From an uncultured bacterium (GTDB taxonomy: Bacteria; Hydrothermota; Tepidihabitantia; Tepidihabitantales; Tepidihabitantaceae), in assembly GCA_964626075.1 (NCBI GenBank), contig CAZVDD010000013.1, positions 31,291 through 95,290 on the forward strand: a stretch of DNA of 64,000 bases, written 5' to 3'. The number at the start of each line of letters is the position of its first letter. Position 1 is the first letter of the stretch. This document shows positions 44,369-53,846 of this stretch, piece by piece. The notes below the pieces were generated by a model that made no database searches, was not told the DNA's origin, and saw only the letters and a program-made list of their open reading frames with translations. Position numbers and translations under genes: made by a program.

Positions 44369-46030
44369 TTACCAGTCCTTTTCCACCTGACGCCTTGCCC
44401 GGGGCTTGCGCACATCCTTCTGAACCTGGCGCTCCTTGTTTTCCACCGCCTGCAAAACCCGCTCCGCCTCATCCTTCGCCATTCCCGATTGCCCCTGATA
44501 TTCTGGCGCCCGCGGCTGTTCTTGTTGCCTTCCTCCTGATTGCTGCTGCTGGCTCTGACTGGAATCTGGCGCCTGCTTCATTTCTTCCTTTCTCTTCAAA
44601 CAGAACTCTAAATTCTCCTTTGCCTGTCGGTCGTTCGGATTGGAGAGCAAAGCCATTTTATAAGAATTAATCGCCTCATCCAGTTTCCCCATCCGATAAA
44701 AACTGTTACCCAGATTGTAAAAGGCGTTACTGCGTTTGCGCTGATTTCTGTCCACCGTTGCCAGCGAAAGCTCTTTGATTGCCTCATCAAATTTACCCAG
44801 CCGATAGTAGGTGTTGCCGATATTGTAGTGAATCGCCAGGGCATCGGGCTCCAGCACCTCAGCCCGTTGATAAAAACTGAGCGCCTCCTGATACTTGCCC
44901 CGCCGGAACAAACCATTGCCCGCCCGCAACAAATTGGGCACATCGCCGTTTGCCGTTTGCACAACAACAAGAGAAACAACAAACCCGACCAGCGCTGCCC
45001 GCCGCCGATTAGAAGTGAATCGCCCCTTAATAAAGGGGCTCAGCGGGTTGCGGACCGCCGGTAAAGCAAGGCTAAAGAACAGCAGCAAAATGCCCGTCAA
45101 CAAAAAAACTTGATACCGCTCCACATAGTTAGAAAAACTGCCCCCACTCAACTCCTCTTTTTCCAGCCGGTCAAACTCTCCGGCCAGTTTCGGTGCCGAA
45201 AACCCCTCCATTCGATAAAAACGGCCGCCGGTTGCCTGCGCGATAAGAATCAACTTGCGTTCATCCATCCTTGAAATCACCACCTGCCCAGCACGGTCTT
45301 TTTTGTAAACCACACCCCCTTCTTTTCTTTCCGGAATTGGCGCCCCCTCCGCACTGCTGAACGCCACCGGATAAATCCGCACCCCCAGTTCCTTCGCCAC
45401 CTGCACCGCCTGTTCAGTCTGGGTTCCGAGGTCCTCGCCATCGGTGATTAAAACGAGCGCCCTGCTACCCGGTGCAGTACTCCTAAACAGTTCACTCGCT
45501 TTCCGAATCGCCTTGCCGTAATCGGTGCCCGGCACCGGCATCAAATCCGGGCTGATGATGTCAAGGAACAGTTTTGCCGCCTCGATATCGGTTGTCAGCG
45601 GGCATAGGATATGAGCATCACCGGCAAAGGCGACAATGCCCACCGCGTTACCGGTAAGTTCATCAAGCAAAGCGGCGACTTCGGTCCGGGCGCGCTCAAG
45701 CCGGTTCGGCTTGACATCCTCGGCAAGCATCGACTTTGAGGCGTCAAGGGCAATCACCACCGCCACACCCCGACTCTTAAACATCTGTAATCTCTCGCCC
45801 CATCTCGGTCGCGCCAGCGCAACGACCATCAGCCCGAGCCCGAGAACCAAGAGCATCAGTTTCACCCATTCAAGAAAAGGCGCGCGGCTGGGTTCAATCC
45901 GGGCAAGCAACTGCGGTTCAATAAAACGGGTAACCCGTTTTCGGTCCCGATTTCGGACAACGATAAAAAACACCATGATTACCGGCAGGGCAAGCAGAAG
46001 ATACAGTATGCGCGGTGCGCCCCAGTGCAT
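44369..46030 (-). CDS. batB: BatB/BatC fusion: von Willebrand factor A domain plus TPR repeats (553 aa).
   Basis: N-terminal TM, VWA MIDAS motif VIALDASKSM, C-terminal TPR repeats, then a Q-rich tail. Confidence 0.65.
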   Translation of the reverse strand: MHWGAPRILYLLLALPVIMVFFIVVRNRDRKRVTRFIEPQLLARIEPSRAPFLEWVKLMLLVLGLGLMVVALARPRWGERLQMFKSRGVAVVIALDASKSMLAEDVKPNRLERARTEVAALLDELTGNAVGIVAFAGDAHILCPLTTDIEAAKLFLDIISPDLMPVPGTDYGKAIRKASELFRSTAPGSRALVLITDGEDLGTQTEQAVQVAKELGVRIYPVAFSSAEGAPIPERKEGGVVYKKDRAGQVVISRMDERKLILIAQATGGRFYRMEGFSAPKLAGEFDRLEKEELSGGSFSNYVERYQVFLLTGILLLFFSLALPAVRNPLSPFIKGRFTSNRRRAALVGFVVSLVVVQTANGDVPNLLRAGNGLFRRGKYQEALSFYQRAEVLEPDALAIHYNIGNTYYRLGKFDEAIKELSLATVDRNQRKRSNAFYNLGNSFYRMGKLDEAINSYKMALLSNPNDRQAKENLEFCLKRKEEMKQAPDSSQSQQQQSGGRQQEQPRAPEYQGQSGMAKDEAERVLQAVENKERQVQKDVRKPRARRQVEKDW

Positions 46031-47010
46031 TACACCAGCCTCCGGTTGATAACCATCCCAAAACTAAATCCGGCAAATGTAAATATCAAGCCGAGAAGTA
46101 ACGGCAGCGCCATCCGCTCCTGATACAGCGTATAACGCCGGGCTTTAAAGGTCGAAGGTTCCAGCCGGTCAATCTCTTCATAAACCCGCTTCAGCGCCTC
46201 CGGGTCGGTGGCAAGAAAGAACTTGCCACCGGTAATCGCGGCAATCTTCTCCAGCGTCTCGGTGTCAAGGTCAACCTCCACCTGAACATACCGCCTGCCA
46301 AAGAGCGGGTCGTCAACCGGAAACGGTACCGGACCCTTACTGCCAACCCCAATCGTGTAAATCTTAATACCCAGCGCCGCTGCCGCCTGCGCTGCGGTCA
46401 AAGGGTCGATATCGCCCGTGTTGTTGCGGCCATCGGTCAAGAGGATAATCACCTTTTCCCGCGCCTTCGACCCCTTGAGCCGCGCCGCGGCACTGGCGAT
46501 GCCCATTCCAATTGCGGTGCCATCTTCCAGCGTGCCAAACTCCACCCGGTCCAAGATGTCGTTGACAATACTATGGTTCAGCGTCAAGGGACACTGGGTT
46601 AAACTGGTTGCGGCAAAAATCACCAGGCCGATGCGGTCCCCGGTTCGGCGGTTGACAAACTCCTTTGCCCGCTCCTTAGCAACGGTGAGGCGGTCTTTGG
46701 GCAGAAAGTCTGCCGCCTGCATCGTACCCGAAATGTCCAGACAGAGCATAATGTCAATCCCCCGGGTCTCCAGTTCCTCAAACATCCGTCCCTTTTGCGG
46801 TCGCGCCAGCGCCAGCGTGGAAAACACCAGCGCCAGCGAATAACAGAAAAGGGGCAACTGCGTCAGCACCTGCTCGAAAACCGTCGGTGCCGGCAGCAGG
46901 GTCGTGTCACTAAACTGCAGGCAACTGCGCCGGCGCTGGCGCTCCCACCACCACAAAATTGGCACCAGCGCCAGAAGTGCCAGATAACCCGGATGCGCCA
47001 GATGCCACAT
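46030..47010 (-). CDS. batA: BatA: von Willebrand factor A domain membrane protein (326 aa).
   Basis: Two N-terminal TM helices. VWA MIDAS DIMLCLDISGTM. Confidence 0.7.
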   Translation of the reverse strand: MWHLAHPGYLALLALVPILWWWERQRRRSCLQFSDTTLLPAPTVFEQVLTQLPLFCYSLALVFSTLALARPQKGRMFEELETRGIDIMLCLDISGTMQAADFLPKDRLTVAKERAKEFVNRRTGDRIGLVIFAATSLTQCPLTLNHSIVNDILDRVEFGTLEDGTAIGMGIASAAARLKGSKAREKVIILLTDGRNNTGDIDPLTAAQAAAALGIKIYTIGVGSKGPVPFPVDDPLFGRRYVQVEVDLDTETLEKIAAITGGKFFLATDPEALKRVYEEIDRLEPSTFKARRYTLYQERMALPLLLGLIFTFAGFSFGMVINRRLV

Positions 47011-47013
47011 CGC

Positions 47014-48126
47014 CTAACCTCCGCTTTGCACCGACGTGTTACCACGCGCCCCTGCACCGTTGCTGCCGGTCGATTCCGGCGCCGGCATCGTCAGTTCCAC
47101 CAGTTGCCGTGCCTGAACCACCACCTCTTGCGGCTTATCCGGAATATGCTTGGCATACTTCACCCGGTCGGTTTCAAAAAAGAACAACCGGAACCGTTCA
47201 ACTTCCGGCACCTTCCGCTGCCGCAACTCCCGCAGAATCTCGCTCGTTGTCTGGTCAATTGCGGGAAACCCAAAACGCCGGGTCAAGTACCGCTTCACAA
47301 TCTCCGATATTGTGTAGTAATACCGCTTCACCTGGCCATTGCCCAACAACTCTTCAACCGGCACCTGTTCCAGCGCCCTTAACGCCTCCTCCCAGGGTGA
47401 AAGCAAGGGTGCCAACTCAGCCTGTTTCTGCCGGAAACGCCTCAACAGCCGGTAACCCCAATACCCGCCTGCAACTAATACCAGCGCGCCGAGCAACACC
47501 CAGAGCGGCATTAGATTGGGAAACTCCACCTGGGGTTTGATGTCGTTGATGTCCTGCATCCGTTCGTTAATTAAACTCAGCACCCTCACCGGCAGTGAAT
47601 CGCTCGCCGCGGCACACAACCCGCTTCCATCCTGATAGGTCACGAGAAAGGGCGGCAGTTTTCGCTCGCCCACTGTCCACAAAACCAGCGTCAGATTGTA
47701 AACATCAAAGGCGGTGTCGCCCCGGAAGTGAATCTGATGTCTCTGCTCACTGACGGTAAAATCGTCGCCCTTTTCCACAAACGGTGGCGAAACGGTCAAA
47801 TTGCGCGGATGGGAAACTGTCACCGCCACCTTTAACCGGTCGCCAATCGTCAAGGCTTTGCCTTTTTTCTCTGTAACCCGCACCGCGACCCGCACCGGTC
47901 CATCTTGAACCAGACGATAAGGTCGAGGGGGCGTTGTGTCTGCCAGACTGTCCGCCTGAGCCCATAGTAGCCCAAAAAGCAACCCTAACGCCAAAACTAT
48001 CCCGGCCGCTTTTCTTTTTCTCTCTCCTTGTCTGACCTTCCCTTGATGGAAAAAGACAAAGCGGAGGTTGCCCGCTTCCACCCTGCCGCGCTTCTGCTCT
48101 GCTGTCCTGCGCCGCATTTCCCTCAC
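47014..48126 (-). CDS. Bat-operon membrane protein of unknown function (~370 aa; start GTG 48126 or ATG 48117).
   Basis: Signal/TM helix, periplasmic domain, second TM, cytoplasmic C-terminus. Conserved position between DUF58 and batA. Confidence 0.5.
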   Translation of the reverse strand: MREMRRRTAEQKRGRVEAGNLRFVFFHQGKVRQGERKRKAAGIVLALGLLFGLLWAQADSLADTTPPRPYRLVQDGPVRVAVRVTEKKGKALTIGDRLKVAVTVSHPRNLTVSPPFVEKGDDFTVSEQRHQIHFRGDTAFDVYNLTLVLWTVGERKLPPFLVTYQDGSGLCAAASDSLPVRVLSLINERMQDINDIKPQVEFPNLMPLWVLLGALVLVAGGYWGYRLLRRFRQKQAELAPLLSPWEEALRALEQVPVEELLGNGQVKRYYYTISEIVKRYLTRRFGFPAIDQTTSEILRELRQRKVPEVERFRLFFFETDRVKYAKHIPDKPQEVVVQARQLVELTMPAPESTGSNGAGARGNTSVQSGG

Positions 48127-49025
48127 CGATAACGCCGTGCCCGTTCCTGAAAGAACCGATGTAGCTTCGGGGTAAACGGTTCGTCGGTTAAAAGGGAAAT
48201 ATGGTCCACCCCGAGCCGCTGAAACAACCGGCTCAATGCCTCCTGCTGCCGCTCCGTTCTCTGCCGGAACTCATCCTGAACCCGCCGGGCACTCGTGTTC
48301 ACCAGAACCCGTTTGCCCGTTTCCGCATCAACAAACTCCCGCAACCCCAGCGCCGGCAGATTCAGCTCTGCCCGGTCATTGATGCTCAACACCACCAGAT
48401 CGTGCTGCCGGCTCATAATCGAAAGTGGCTTCTCAAACTCGGCACCGACAAAACCCGGACCGAGCAAATCCGACACCAGAAACACAATCGCCCGGCGTTT
48501 AAGGATGTGCAAAACAAACTCCAGTGCTGTGCCCGGTGCTGTTCCCAAACCTTCCGGCTGAAAGTAGAGGATGTCTCGTACCAGGCGTAACACCTGCGTC
48601 CGTCCCTTTGATGGGGGCACAAAGTGCTCAATCCGGTCGGTAAAAAATACCAGCCCCACCTTGTCGTTGTTCTTAATTGCCGAAAACGCCAGTGTCGCGC
48701 TCACCAGCGCCGCCTGCTCAATCTTCAACGCCCCCCTTGTGCCAAACCGATTGGAACCCGAAGCGTCCACCACCAGCATTACCAGAAGTTCCCGCTCCTC
48801 GGCAAACAACTTGACAAACGGCTTGCCAAACCTTGCGGTCAAGCGCCAGTCAATCGTCCGCACATCGTCGCCCACCTGATATTCCCTGGTGTCGGCAAAC
48901 TCCACCCCGCGCCCCTTGAAACTCGACCGGTAATCACCGGCAAACACCGTGTTAACCAAACGCCGGGTGCGAATCTCAATCTGCCGGATTTGGGAAAGTT
49001 CCCGTCGCAGTGTCACCGTCCGCAT
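48123..49025 (-). CDS. DUF58 domain protein (300 aa).
   Basis: DWRLTARFGKPFVK..VVDASGS motif of the DUF58 family. Always paired with MoxR. Confidence 0.75.
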   Translation of the reverse strand: MRTVTLRRELSQIRQIEIRTRRLVNTVFAGDYRSSFKGRGVEFADTREYQVGDDVRTIDWRLTARFGKPFVKLFAEERELLVMLVVDASGSNRFGTRGALKIEQAALVSATLAFSAIKNNDKVGLVFFTDRIEHFVPPSKGRTQVLRLVRDILYFQPEGLGTAPGTALEFVLHILKRRAIVFLVSDLLGPGFVGAEFEKPLSIMSRQHDLVVLSINDRAELNLPALGLREFVDAETGKRVLVNTSARRVQDEFRQRTERQQEALSRLFQRLGVDHISLLTDEPFTPKLHRFFQERARRYR

Positions 49026-49030
49026 CGTCT

Positions 49031-50032
49031 TTACGGCACCTCCACCCCTTCCAGCACGCGCCGGATGATATCATCAGTTGTCAACTCCTCCGCCTCTGCC
49101 TCGTAAGTCAAAATCAGCCGATGCCGCAGCACATCGTAGGCGAGTTCCTTGATATCCTCCGGAATCACAAAACCCCGGCGCCTTAAAAACGCCATCGCCC
49201 GACTCGCCGTCAACAGATAAATTGACGCCCGCGGTGAAGCGCCATAGCGAATCAGCGGCACCAGGTCGGCAAGATTGTGCTCCCTGGGAAACCGGGTCGC
49301 AAACACCAAATTAACGATGTAATCCTTCAACTTTTCATCAACATAGATACGGGTACACAACTCCCGGGCCCGCAGTATCGTTGCGCTGTCAACCACCGGC
49401 GTCACCTTCGGCTCAACCCCTTTTGTCATCCGCTCAACAATCTGTTTCTCCTCTTCCTTTGAAGGATAACTCACCCGCAGTTTCAGCAAAAACCGGTCAG
49501 TCTGCGCCTCCGGCAAGGGATAGGTCCCCTCCTGCTCAATCGGGTTCTGGGTCGCCAGAACCAGAAACGGCTCCTCCAGCCGAAAGGTCTCTTCCCCAAT
49601 CGTCACCTGCCGTTCCTGCATCGCCTCGAGCAGCGCGCTCTGCACCTTAGGTGGTGCCCGGTTGATTTCATCCGCCAGGACAAAATTGGCAAAAATCGGC
49701 CCCTTGCGCGCGGTAAACTCGCCGGTGCGTTGATTGTAAATCTGCGTGCCGATGATGTCGGCGGGCAAAAGGTCGGGCGTAAACTGAATCCGCTGAAACC
49801 GGGCGCTGATTGCACCGGCAAGCGCCTTCACCGCATAGGTCTTTGCCAGTCCGGGCACGCCCTCAATCAAAATGTGCCCGTTTGCTAAAAGCCCGATGAG
49901 CAGCCTCTCAATCAAATACTTCTGCCCGACAATCACCTTGCCGACCTCAGCGGTCAGCGCCTGAACAAACACACTCTCTCTTTCTATCTCCTCATGAATC
50001 CGTCTGATATCATCCTGCTGTAACTCGCTCAT
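49031..50032 (-). CDS. moxR: MoxR-family AAA+ ATPase (333 aa).
   Basis: Walker A GVPGLAKT. MoxR-typical ..RIQFTPDLLPADI.G. Walker B ADEINRA. Confidence 0.88.
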   Translation of the reverse strand: MSELQQDDIRRIHEEIERESVFVQALTAEVGKVIVGQKYLIERLLIGLLANGHILIEGVPGLAKTYAVKALAGAISARFQRIQFTPDLLPADIIGTQIYNQRTGEFTARKGPIFANFVLADEINRAPPKVQSALLEAMQERQVTIGEETFRLEEPFLVLATQNPIEQEGTYPLPEAQTDRFLLKLRVSYPSKEEEKQIVERMTKGVEPKVTPVVDSATILRARELCTRIYVDEKLKDYIVNLVFATRFPREHNLADLVPLIRYGASPRASIYLLTASRAMAFLRRRGFVIPEDIKELAYDVLRHRLILTYEAEAEELTTDDIIRRVLEGVEVP

Positions 50033-50137
50033 CGCCTACTCCTTTTTTATAAAAAGCCTTTAACCCCCATCTCCCATTTTATTATATAAGACTAAACCGT
50101 TAACCCCCTGGTTGCAAGAAAAACAGGCAAGTTTTAC

Positions 50138-50166
50138 TTGATTTATCAATACCGCCGCGGTAAGCT
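50138..50166 (+). promoter_or_regulatory. Leaderless-type promoter (TTGATT, 17 nt, TAAGCT, 7 nt, ATG at 50174).
   Basis: Read directly. The ORF-track TTG start at 50138 is rejected in favour of the ATG at 50174. Confidence 0.35.
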
Positions 50167-50173
50167 ATCAACG

Positions 50174-50755
50174 ATGCTCTACTCACTCCTTCAGCTAATT
50201 ATCCTGTTCTTTGTCATCTTTGACCCGCTCTTGAGTTTTGTTGTCTTCTTTGGTGCCACCGCGGATATGAGCCCAGAAGAAAAACGGAAAACCGCGCTAC
50301 TTGCGGTCATTGTTGCCTTTTCCATATCAGTCCTCTGTCTCATCTTCGGTGCCGGCATCCTGCGCCTCTTCAACACCAACATCCAGGACTTCAAAATCGC
50401 CGGCGGCATCATCCTCGCCATCCTCGGCATCAAGATGTCTCTTGGTCAGTCCGACTCGGAAAAGGTGATGGGCACCAAACGCTCGGCAAAGGCAATCGCC
50501 TCAATCATCGCCACCCCGCTTTTAACCGGCCCGGCGTCAATCACCGCCATCATCATCAGCGTCCACGACTACGGCAGACTCCTCACCGCCATTGCCGTCC
50601 TTCTTGTCCTCATCATCACCCTGATTCTGTTCCTCCAGGCGCCCCGCATCACCCGCTTCACCGGCGAAACCGCGCTGCAGGTCGTCTCCACCTTGATGGG
50701 CTTAATCACCCTCTCCTGGGGCATAATGTTCATCAAACAGGGTTTCGGCTCCTGA
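50174..50755 (+). CDS. marC: MarC-family (UPF0056) integral membrane protein (~193 aa).
   Basis: N-terminus LLQLIILFFVIFDPL and multi-TM profile of MarC. Confidence 0.65.
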   Translation: MLYSLLQLIILFFVIFDPLLSFVVFFGATADMSPEEKRKTALLAVIVAFSISVLCLIFGAGILRLFNTNIQDFKIAGGIILAILGIKMSLGQSDSEKVMGTKRSAKAIASIIATPLLTGPASITAIIISVHDYGRLLTAIAVLLVLIITLILFLQAPRITRFTGETALQVVSTLMGLITLSWGIMFIKQGFGS

Positions 50756-52378
50756 ACCGACCGCGCTGCCTCTTTCCTTCTTCCCCGCTCGTAAAACAAA
50801 AACCATCACCCAGAACAGCAAACCGATAAGCAGGAAGTGAAACCAGAGCCACAACGGCAACCCCAGAACAACCGGTCGCGGCCGGTGCCAGTTGTAAAAG
50901 TCAAGGCTTAACACAAAGATGACGAAAAATGGCGCCACCTGCCACCATTTTATTCGCCCGCCTGTCACCCATGGCTTTAGCCCGCGCGCCGGTAACAAAA
51001 AACTCCCCCCAATCAAAATACCGCTGACGACAACAACCACCGGCACCACCGCCAGAAAACCAAAACTGGGCAAAAGTTTAAAATGGTAAAGAACCACCAG
51101 CACCTCACCGGTAACAATTGCGGCAAAACCTGCCCAGGGGTTTGCCTTCTGCCAGTAAGCCGCGGCAACCGTCACCGGAAAAAGCACCGCCAGCCCGGTA
51201 AAGGTTTCGGTCGCAATCTGTAAAATTGTGCCCCACGGTCTTAACGCCAGAAAAAGCCCAATTAGGGCAAGGATAACAACCACCAAAAAGTGAAGTGGCT
51301 TTGAACCCTCGGCCGGCTTTCCCAGCAAAACCCTTATGTCCCGAACCAGCATCGACGACAGGGTCAAAAGTTGCGAATCCATCGTTGACATCAACGCCGC
51401 AATCCCGCACACGGTCAAAACCCCACTGAAAAATCCGGGCAGACTCTTATTCACCAACAGGGGCAAAATCTGGTCGGTCTTTGTGCCTTCAATTCCGGGC
51501 AAAACCTTGTGCGCCATCACACCCAGCGCCACCGGAAAGAAAAACAGGACCCCGGTCACAAGCGGATAAAACAGCGCGGCCATTTTCAGCGCCTTCTCAT
51601 CTCGCGCGGCAAAAAACCGCTGAAACAACTGGGGAAACATCGGGTCGCAAACAAACCAGAGAAAAAGATAAGAAAACCAGACCTGCGGTGTAAAAAAATT
51701 ACCTCCGCCCGGTCGGGAAAAAAGTTCTCCCTGATTTGCGAGCAAATCGTTGTTCACCAAAGCAAAACCACCCAGCGCCTTGACCGTCGCCCCGAACAGA
51801 ACCGCCAAACCGGCCAGCATCACCAACCCCTGCAAAAAATCGGTCCAGGCATCACCGCGCATCCCGGCAAGCAGCACATAACCCAGACCCACGAAAACTA
51901 CCAAACCGGCGCCCGCTGCATACGGCAGACCAAAAAGCGCATTCAGCATATAACCGGCACCCATCGGTTGCAGCGCCAGGTACGGCAGGGTAAATACAAC
52001 CATTACCAAAAGATAGGCAAGATGGAGCGCCCGGTTTTCAAACCGCAACCCGATCAACTCCGGCGGCGTAATTGCACCCTGCGCCTTTGCCGCTCGATGA
52101 GCCGGAATCCCGAGCAAAAGAAAGGTCAAAGCCATAAACCCGGTGCCAAACGCCATTATCGGATAATAAGAATAGCCCAACCGGTAACCGGCACCGGCAA
52201 ACCCGAACACCGTAAAAGAGGAAAAGTTTGTTGCGGCGAGCGTCAAGAGCAAAACAAGCGGCCCAAGCCGCCGCCGGGCAAGAAAAAAGTCCTCGTGCCC
52301 TGGTCTTGACCGCAACCGGGCGAAAACCCCGAGGATTAAAAGCAAAACAAAATAGCCCGCAAACAAAACGACCGTCAT
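50702..52378 (-). CDS. Sodium:solute symporter family transporter (558 aa).
   Basis: 13-14 TM helices. SSS-typical N-terminus (..FFLA.R.LGP....). Overlaps the marC 3' end convergently by 54 nt. Confidence 0.75.
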   Translation of the reverse strand: MTVVLFAGYFVLLLILGVFARLRSRPGHEDFFLARRRLGPLVLLLTLAATNFSSFTVFGFAGAGYRLGYSYYPIMAFGTGFMALTFLLLGIPAHRAAKAQGAITPPELIGLRFENRALHLAYLLVMVVFTLPYLALQPMGAGYMLNALFGLPYAAGAGLVVFVGLGYVLLAGMRGDAWTDFLQGLVMLAGLAVLFGATVKALGGFALVNNDLLANQGELFSRPGGGNFFTPQVWFSYLFLWFVCDPMFPQLFQRFFAARDEKALKMAALFYPLVTGVLFFFPVALGVMAHKVLPGIEGTKTDQILPLLVNKSLPGFFSGVLTVCGIAALMSTMDSQLLTLSSMLVRDIRVLLGKPAEGSKPLHFLVVVILALIGLFLALRPWGTILQIATETFTGLAVLFPVTVAAAYWQKANPWAGFAAIVTGEVLVVLYHFKLLPSFGFLAVVPVVVVVSGILIGGSFLLPARGLKPWVTGGRIKWWQVAPFFVIFVLSLDFYNWHRPRPVVLGLPLWLWFHFLLIGLLFWVMVFVLRAGKKERGSAVGSGAETLFDEHYAPGEGD

Positions 52379-52413
52379 CTTGAACTCCTTTCAAAATCCC
52401 TATTAAACAAACA

Positions 52414-52436
52414 AGCCATCCCTGGTTGGGATGGCT
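52414..52436 (-). promoter_or_regulatory. Perfect 9 bp GC-rich hairpin (AGCCAUCCC-UGGUU-GGGAUGGCU) in the 5' leader of the symporter gene, followed on the minus strand by a U-rich tract. Possible attenuator or stabilising stem-loop.
   Basis: Inverted repeat read directly. A minus-strand promoter (TTGACA 52489-84, 16 nt, TACAAT 52467-62) lies just upstream. Shine-Dalgarno AAAGGAG follows. Confidence 0.35.
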
Positions 52437-52612
52437 TGCGCCTGACATAACCAGCAAAACAATTGTAAACCCGATTTGCCACCTGTCAAGCCCGCGCTAA
52501 GAGGCGCCGTTACAGCAATCATCACCATAAAAAGGGGAAAGGTACCAGCACCAATCGAAAATTCCAAGATAGAACAGGTCCGACCTAACTTCTAATACCC
52601 CATCAGCCCATT

Positions 52613-52641
52613 TTGACCGCGGGCAAAATCTCGGCTAAATA
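52613..52641 (+). promoter_or_regulatory. Leaderless-type promoter (TTGACC, 17 nt, TAAATA, 8 nt, ATG at 52650).
   Basis: Read directly. Confidence 0.35.
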
Positions 52642-52649
52642 ATTAACCG

Positions 52650-53432
52650 ATGATAAAAACCCGGGTCAACGGCATCAACCTTTGGCTCTTCCCCAACCTT
52701 GCCGGTTACAAAACGATTACCCACTTTGTCACCACCCGGCAGGGCGGGGTAAGTCCGAAACCCTTTGACACCCTCAACCTCGCCTTCCACACCCAAGACC
52801 ATTTCAACAATGTCCTGCGCAACCGTCTCATCCTTGCCCGTGCCCTGAAAATCGACCCGGATGCACTCATCAACGGCGAACAGGTCCACGGTGCCCAGAT
52901 TGCCATTGTCCAGCACAAAAACACGCCCCTACCCGACACCGACGGTCTCATCACCAATAAACCCGGCATCTGCCTTTTAGTCCTTGTTGCCGACTGTGTC
53001 CCGCTTATCTTCTATCACCCCCAAAAACAGGTGGTCGGTGTTGCCCATGCCGGCTGGAAAGGAACCGTCGCCCGCATCGCACAAAAGACCGTCCAGAAAC
53101 TGCAACAAAAATTCGCCTGTGAACCAGAACAACTACTTGTCGGCATCGGTCCGGCAATCGGCCCCTGCTGCTACCAGGTCCAGGACGATGTTGTCCAGAT
53201 TGTCAAAAAGACCCAGCCCCAAAGCGAAAAACTCCTTATCCGGCGCGTGGGCAACTGGTACCTTGACATTATCAAGGCGAACGAAGCCCAGCTACTCGAC
53301 TCCGGGGTCAGAAAAGAAAACATCCAGACCGCCAACCTCTGCACCCGCTGCCACAGCAAAACCTTCTACTCTGCCCGCGACCGCAAAGGACCAACGGGCC
53401 GATTCGGCGCCGGAATTATGCTCAACCCCTGA
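52650..53432 (+). CDS. pgeF: Peptidoglycan editing factor / purine nucleoside phosphorylase YfiH (DUF152, 260 aa).
   Basis: ADCVPL, HAGWKG and CTRCHS..FYSARD motifs of the YfiH/PgeF family. Confidence 0.8.
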   Translation: MIKTRVNGINLWLFPNLAGYKTITHFVTTRQGGVSPKPFDTLNLAFHTQDHFNNVLRNRLILARALKIDPDALINGEQVHGAQIAIVQHKNTPLPDTDGLITNKPGICLLVLVADCVPLIFYHPQKQVVGVAHAGWKGTVARIAQKTVQKLQQKFACEPEQLLVGIGPAIGPCCYQVQDDVVQIVKKTQPQSEKLLIRRVGNWYLDIIKANEAQLLDSGVRKENIQTANLCTRCHSKTFYSARDRKGPTGRFGAGIMLNP

Positions 53433-53846
53433 ACCTATCCTACCCTATGATTAGACCCCAAAATCGGCATAAGATTAACGAACCGGTTAACACATTGACA
53501 ACCGGTTGATTAGCGCCCGAAACCGTCCCGGAAACGGTCCCCTCCCCCCTTCCGGGGATAGTCTCCAAAGCCCAAATCGCACCAACCTCGCATCATTCCT
53601 AACCGTCCCCGGACAAAACCCTCAAAACCCCGACACCAGCCACCGCGCCCCTTTCATCCTCTGCACACCATTTTAATAGACCGAACAAAAGGCTGCGGTT
53701 TAAGAACACCAGAGAGCAACCACTCCAAGCCAATACTTTAATCTTTTGAATTGGGAGGAAAAGCCGCAGTGGGAGCGGTGTCAAATAAAAAATGAAGCCC
53801 CTCTTGAGCTACCATTGCCGGTTGGGTGCTGTCAATCCAGAAAGTT

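Noticed and set aside
53599-53784. 61 aa ORF in the 414 bp convergent spacer.
   Set aside because: No start signals, biased composition, and it lies within a G-tract-rich region. Unlikely to be coding.
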